DNA from: Amoebidium appalachense
Taxonomy: Eukaryota; Protista; Ichthyosporea
NCBI GenBank assembly: GCA_963693365.1
Contig: CAVNZM010000003.1
Coordinates: forward strand, 62,001-126,000
DNA: 64,000 nt
Direction of reading: 5' to 3'
Program-made: the position numbers and the translations under genes
Notes under the pieces: model-generated
Seen by the model: only the letters and a program-made list of their open reading frames with translations
Databases searched by the model: none
What the model was told of the DNA's origin: nothing
In this document: piece by piece, positions 51,459-64,000 of the stretch
Layout: every line of letters begins with the position of its first letter
Position numbering within the stretch: the stretch's first letter is position 1

Positions 51459-53174
51459 CACACACGTGTGCATGCATGTGAGAGTGCGTTTGTGCTTGCG
51501 TGCGTGCATGTTGGTGTTTGAGTGTGGGTGTGGGTGTGTGGTGCATATGGTACGATTATGAATGTGTATGTGCTTGTGTCTAGGTGTATTTGTGTGTATG
51601 TGTGTTCGTGTGGTTGCGTCTGCATGGGTACCCATATGTACGCCGTCTCTGGCTGTATGTTTGTGTACGTGTGTGCCTGTCTGTGCACCACTCCCTCTAC
51701 CGGCCTGTGGGCCCCGGTGCATGGCATGTGTGTGCGTGTGTGTTCGCTTTCTCTATGCAGTGGTTCTGTGTCAGGCTGTCTTTGTGTGTCGTTTATGTGT
51801 GTCACTGATTATCTGGGTTCGCATGTGCCAAGTCTTACGCGCGTGTTTTTTGGAATGAAATATAGAAGAACCGAGCCTGTTATAAATTCAATTTAGTTTA
51901 TGAGGGTGGGCTTGCAATGTGCAGTACCCAAACAGGCTTGCACCCTTTTTTGCACGTTTTACACACACACACCCGTTTCACCCGTGCACACAAACAGTAA
52001 CACCACCTCCGCTCACACTCACACATATCCGATCACACATGCACACCAAGTCACGCACGGGCAGTACACATATCATAAGTATCGATATATAATGATTATA
52101 CCAAATCGCCCACACATCCACAGCTCTACACGTCAAAGTTGCACGACCTAATATCTCACACCGTGGCATAGTTCAAGTTGCTTCTTGCTTATAGGGGTAG
52201 GCAGAAATTGAAGGGGGTTTCTTTTAGAAATTTCGGGATCGGGTCAGACATGTGTACCGCGAAGCAATTTACACTTTGTGTTTGGCGACTTGGGGTTTAC
52301 ATTTTTGTGTTTGGCGACTTGGGGTTTACACACACCAAACAGCATTTTGGCTTAACCCGTAACGGGCTTATAAATCCGACAAAAAGAAACCCCTTTTGAC
52401 TTAGTTGTGACATGAATTTCTCAGGGGTTTTATTACGACACAAAATCGTCGTATTTACGATTAATGTAGACCCCGCCATACGATTAAAAAGAGGCACTCA
52501 ATTAGTAAGTACCAGTGAGGGGTTGTCAAGATTCGAGAAATTTGCCAAAATACGACTAAAAACGTGCCCGAGCCCCACAACCCCGGGAATTTCTGCTGTG
52601 GCCAGCTCGAATCATATTTCCAGACCCCCCTTTAACCCCATAGCCCACAAGGATGAACGTTCATATTGGCGCGGGGAGCCGGCTAGTCGCCTTTTTTCTT
52701 TTTTTGAACTATTTTTAAGCACTGAAAGTCGGAATGTCTTAACATTTGCCCATCCTATGTGCTGCTGCATCCCCCCCCCCCCCCCCCCCCCCCCCCCCAT
52801 CCCCCCAGCCTAATCATTCTTCGACCGATGTCGACGTCATGTGCCCCCCCCCCCCCCCCCCTCCCCCCCCCCGCCCCCCCCCGGATGCCCCCTCAGACGC
52901 CCCCTCCTCTCCTCCTCTCAATATTAGTCTGGATACAAGCTCTCACCACAACACGATCCCGGGACCGTGGTCTGAGCCTACCCTCCCCCCCCCCCCCCCC
53001 CTCTTTTCCCCCGGGGCTCTCGTCTAGATCTTAAGGCTCGGCATATGCATGTGAAAATTTTCTGATTTTCCTTTTCTTATTCAGGCTCGATGCATATGTC
53101 TCTCTAAGCTCAAAGGCTTTCTTTCTATATACTTTCTTTCTCGAGTTTTTCTCTGTTTCGGCCGTGTGCGAGGG

Positions 53175-53210
53175 CGCGGCGGGGCGGGGCGGGGCGGGGC
53201 GGGGCGGGGG
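53175..53210. promoter_or_regulatory. (GGGGC)n GC-box run upstream of the K+ channel gene
   Basis: About 6 tandem GGGCGG motifs ~480 bp upstream of the ATG at 53680. Function is inferred. Confidence 0.3.
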
Positions 53211-53258
53211 GGGAGATCGTGAATTCGGAGGTGGGGCCCGGGGGTAGCCGGGCCGGCG

Positions 53259-53291
<33 letters not shown>

Positions 53292-53679
53292 AGCTTTCTA
53301 GCTCAGGGGCCTGTGGGTACTAAGTAATAAGAATTAGTGTAGAAGTACCTGTGCATGATTTTGCCTGTGTGCGCATGCGTGCTTGTTGGTGTCCCGATCG
53401 CGAGCACTGTGTTATCAGATTCCCGAGGGTGAGCACTCACGTGATTTGTATTGAACTCCCGAGGTTTTACACCCGAGGTTTCGACTCCCCCCTGAAATCG
53501 TGGGAGTAAAACCTCGGGAATCGCTGTTGGGCAAAGCAAAAATGTTGAACAGTGGCGGTGAACACAAGTGCACTGCCACACGCATACGTCAACGCACACG
53601 TCGACGCGCATGCACGCACGGACGCACGCACGGACGCACGCACATGTATACACGCGGGTACCCCTCTGAGCACATAGCC

Positions 53680-59375
<5,696 letters not shown>

Positions 59376-59657
59376 AAGGGGATGGAAGGAGAAAAAAGAA
59401 GATAGATGGAGATAGGAGTCAGAAGAAGACCATAGAAGGAGATAGAAGAAGATAGATGGAGATAGGAGTTACAAAAATAGAAGATAAAGTTAGAAGGCGA
59501 TGGGAGATCATAGAAGAAGATCATAGAAGGTGCTAGAAGGAGATAGGCGGAGATAGAAGGAGATAGAAGGAGACATAAGGCATGTATATGGTGTGTGTGG
59601 GTGGTCTGAGCTGCCGTGTTATTGGAGGTTTTGGTTTGGCACCGTGTGCACTGTGTG

Positions 59658-59707
<50 letters not shown>

Positions 59708-60771
59708 GGGAGGGGGGGAGGGGGAGCAGCAGTGATGCTAAGGTTGTATACATGGATGCGAATGACAACGAATGATTGGGGTGTGTGGGGAATTGACGGA
59801 GAAAAAGAATACATTTTGAAGTTGTGACATGTAAACATACTAGCTTTGCGAGGGTTTATATATTTGGGTGGTGTATAGCTGTAACATTTGGACATAATAG
59901 GCAATACTACAGTGGTAAATGTACATGAATATGAATATAGTTAATATTCAGGACGTTTATTGCACAATATCATAAATATTATCAAAATTTCATAGCGAAA
60001 TTTAATTTAGAATGTAATTTTTGTCATTATAAGAAAATCTTAGTGCAAAAGGCAAACACATCCTAATACCGGGCCCGGGGATTGATACAGGGTCCTGCAA
60101 TTCATGAGAAGCACCCGCAACGAGTAATATTTTTATGTACAGAGGTTAATTACAATAAGAAAATAGATATGGCCATTGAACAGGAGACTCAGTGTGTGTT
60201 CACACCGTATGATATTGTGGATTTAAATAGTACGTCTTCGTTCGATGATGTAGGAGCGCAAATAATCACAAATAAGAAAGCCGGGTTGGGAAAAGGACTC
60301 CGGTTATTCATTTTCAAGTAATAGCTATGCACTATTCACAGCAGAATCCCACGTATGTATACACACCCGTATGTGTGCATGCACACGTAATCGTTGTACT
60401 CACGCGCGCACCTGCGCACGCACACACATACACATCGGATACACACACAATGGCGCTCGCGCGCACGCACACGTATACACACACACACGTGTTTCCGGAT
60501 ATGTGCACAGGCGATCGAGCGAGTTAACGTTAACGTTACTGGATGCATATGTGTGGTTGTGCGGTACATAGATCCAGATCTGAGCCTTCTGCTTGCCAGC
60601 TGGGTGGGTGGTCATGGCCCGGGTCAGCGGGGGGGGGGGGGGGGGGAGGGGGGAGGGGGGGGTCCAGGCTTGTGTACGTGTGTGTGTGTGTGCACGTGTG
60701 TGTGTGTGTGTGTGTGTAAAATGAACGTGCACACCTGTGTATACATGTGTATGTGTTTGTGCGTGCCCACT

Positions 60772-60802
<31 letters not shown>

Positions 60803-61566
60803 GGGGGGGGGGGAGGGGGGGAGGGGGGGTTATATTTTTATTATAATAGCGCTTCGTGGGTCCGTGTGCAAGTTGTGTATGCCTTTTCAGGGCTTTCATC
60901 GTGACCTTCTTTGTGTGCACCCGCATGCATGCAGGTGTGCCTGTGTATGCGGGCGTGTGCATGTGTGCATGTGTGTGTGTGTGTGTACGGTGGTACGATT
61001 GTTGTCAGACTAGGAGGGAGGGTAGGTGGGCCGGGGGGGAGGTGGGGGGGTGTGGGGGGACAGGCCTAGGTCCGTCGCTGAGCTGCAACTGCCAAACCAA
61101 TCCAAAGTTACTGTGCAAACGCGCAGAGTATTCTTTTTGCAGAGGCACCTTTAAAATTAACCATACATGTTAATTTATTTAAAAAAAGAAAAACATCAGT
61201 CGAAAGACACTCTTTGCACATACATTCAACTACAACATTCGTTTCACAAGGTGGAAAAAATACTCTGTACATAGCAACAATAGTCAATCGCTATGTTTTC
61301 CAGGCGAATGTACAAAGCTATGTACAGGTGCTTGGGGCAAAGGCATGTCCAATACCTAACCTAAATAGAAAACGAATACAAAAACATGCCATACAGTAAG
61401 AACATGAAGGAAACTGGTCAAAGAAGTTTGGGCCAAATCACTATACATTGTTCTAAATAAATGACAATGGTGATAAGAACGAGAGCTAGAACACCGGCTA
61501 TAAAATGGGCACGCCAGTTCAGCGTCAAACTGCCCCCACAACCAAAATAATATCCGAGCAGCACGC

Positions 61567-63773
61567 TTACTTGCAACCCATCACTTCCTTAACATACGAC
61601 ACACGTTCCTGTGCGCTCATCTTCTCCATCTTGTGCAACTCAAACACCCTCACGTCGTACCCAAACCCTATTAGTATACTCCTACGCAATAGTGTGCCCC
61701 CCGTTGGTCTCGTGCTGTTATTCTTGCCGTAGTTACGCCTTGTTTCAAGCAGAAGGAAAGTGAATGTGCCCTTAACCCCCCCCTCCACAACATAACCTAC
61801 ATCCGGCACCAACAGATCGTTGATGACGTCAAACCCTAGATCCCTCAAAATACCAAACGTGTTCCACTTGCCTTGCTGGCCTGCACGTGTCTTTTTGTCC
61901 ATGTTAGATTGCTCAAACACCTTTTTGCCCATAACCAGCACCTGCTTGTTGGTTTCGTCCGCTTCAATCTCCCGCGCAATGTTCGGGGTCGTGATCTTTG
62001 TTACAAGAAACGCCTGGTGCATCTGCACTAGGGTTGCAACATCAACCCGTTTGTCCCTCACGACGTACCCGAAAAGAAAGCACATAGCCTGCTGCCACAC
62101 ACCTCGAACAACACCCAAGTCGAGTCGTTCCCCGGACGCCAAAACCACCCCCATAGACCATAACGTGTTGCCGGCTGCCCAGGCTCTTCTTCCTTCCGTC
62201 ACCTTTCCACCAGATTTCGTGCTGCCAGAAAGCAGGTTATCCACATGCACACGCAGCAACCACTCTTCCGTGTACAGGCGTAATCTGGATGGTTTGCTAA
62301 GGCAAGGGTGAGGAGCACTCGGGCGCCTTCATAAGGGTCAGTTATTCGGTGGAAATGGAACAACCGCTTGGCCAGAGCTGCTGCGAGTGCGTCATCGTCC
62401 ACGTCAAGACGTACCATGGCATCCAAAATGCTGAAAGTGTAACTCTTACTGTCAAACTCGTCGATTCTTTCCTTAGCGTGATCAAAGAGCACATTCAGTA
62501 GCGCTGGCTGCTTGTATCTATAGTGAGACACTGCGGAAGCTATGAGTAACAATGCCTTTGTGTTTGGGTTGTGGCCTTTGTTGAACAGGTCGACCAGTCT
62601 TTTGCCTACGGTAGCCATCATCTCCGGCGGCAACACCACTTTGCCGGCAGCGGAAGCGTTCAAAACAACAGCCACGCTTTCGAAATCCGCCCTATTTACC
62701 GTGTCACTTTTACAGAACCGACTCAGCAGAGAATGGAAGTCTGTGCTTTCCCCACCCAGTACGTGGAGTGCGCGAAGGACCTGAGAAAGTTGTTTGTGTG
62801 TCATGACGGGCCCCAAATCGACTGCCCTCCGAAACAACGCTGGCAAATGAGGCGTGCGATGTTCAAAGTTGGCCAAATTATTCAACAAAAAGGCTGTGTC
62901 TGAGGCGTCGAAACTGTCGGATACCTCACTTGCGCGTCGAGAAATGGTTGTTAGCAAGTTGGGCATGTCAACACTCTTTGACCACAGCACGTTGGTAATC
63001 ATGCACAGGTGCCGTGGAAGGTCGGGCTTGTCTTGCGCTACGGCGCACAGACGGTTGGCGTGGTTTGCAAAAAACTCCATCACTACCTTGTCAAAGTTGA
63101 CGGTGCTCTTGGACATAAGTAGCTTCATACACTTGGCCAAATCCTTAAGGCACAACTTGTCGACATCGAGCAGAATCGCTGCCCGCCGGATCAAAAAAAC
63201 CGCTGTAGTTTCCGGAAACTCGTTTTCGCGGAAGTTCGCTGCAGCCACGCACAGATCAGCCACGTTGCGAGCATTTAGATGTTCCACGTGCGTTGTGACC
63301 CAAGTCGTCATTGCATCTATGATAACATCGTTGGGTGCTTGGGCTAGCCCTACATTCTTTAACAGCTTGGCACATTCCATGGGTGTAATAGCGTTTTCTT
63401 GTGCCAAATGCTTGACCCGTTGTGAAAGTGCAAGTAAACATCTACCGTTGTCGACAGTAGAGAGTTGGTCTTGATGGGACAAAAGTATACACAGGGTCTT
63501 AATAGGAACATCGTTCACTAAGCTAGCTACTGCGTCCTTGCTCTTGTTGCTGTTGTACATTGAAAGAAAGCTGTCTAACCCAAACCCTTCTAACTCAGGT
63601 TTATGAAGCTCGGGGTTGCGTGTGGTGGTTGAAAACGGACGTGCAGGTGAGCGTAATGGAAATGTGTGTTGTGCGCGTGGGTAGCTACGTGTCGCTGTTA
63701 GGGTCTGTAGCACCCTACCGCACCGGGGCAGCAAAGCAGATGCAAGACCCTTCGCCCGTGCCAGTAACATCAT
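61567..63773 (-). CDS. Mitochondrial helical-repeat RNA-binding protein with a C-terminal RAP-like domain (FASTK/RAP type), ~735 aa, with a single frameshift near 62277
   Basis: Arg/Ser/Leu-rich presequence (MMLLARAKGLASALLPRCGR...). Helical repeats such as SDSFDASDTAFLLNNLANF and MTHKQLSQVLRALHVL. The second ORF ends PTGGTLLRRSILIGFGYDVRVFELHKMEKMSAQERVSYV (RAP-like). Adding one C joins the two ORFs. Confidence 0.75.
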
Positions 63774-64000
63774 GCCGGTGTTTTGAAGAGAAAGTTATAA
63801 GAGTTGTTGCAACACCGGCTGTAAGTCTTATTCTGTAACACAAGAAAACTCGAACACAGTGACACCGTTACGCAAAGAGGTTGACTCAAGGAATCGCGAA
63901 TCGGATTGCTCGTAGCCAATCCGCTGTGGCTCAGTCCGAGCCGTTTGTCTGAGCCGGGAGTGTGCCACGGTGTGTGTGTGTGTGGGTAGAGAGATCTATT

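Noticed and set aside
61820-63838. Plus-strand ORFs of 80-206 aa
   Set aside because: They are antisense shadows of the RAP-domain gene.

Overview
Eukaryotic, intron-rich genomic DNA. Introns are saturated with poly-G/poly-C tracts, (CA)n/(GT)n microsatellites and minisatellites, so most entries in the ORF track are spurious. A unicellular opisthokont/holozoan origin is only my guess. By manual GT-AG, phase-consistent splicing I assembled these genes: a 27-exon coiled-coil GRIPAP1/CCDC186-like gene (+, 8705-33307), cathepsin B (-, 34952-38200) head-to-head with cystinosin (+, 39654-45203), an intronless ZNF706-like zinc finger gene (+), a plant-TPK-like two-pore K+ channel with EF-hands (+, 53680-59375), and a mitochondrial RAP/FASTK-type gene split by a probable 1-bp assembly error (-, 61567-63773). 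A poorly resolved minus-strand gene with an RD-rich first exon lies at the left end. Two non-autonomous DNA transposons are present. The most notable observations are an endolysosomal gene neighbourhood, introns bracketed by complementary simple repeats with (CA)n replacing the polypyrimidine tract, a seven-fold tandem array of a splice acceptor, a five-copy structured motif downstream of cathepsin B, and a diverged ~90-bp element recurring inside C-tracts. No database searches were run; family calls come from recognised motifs.
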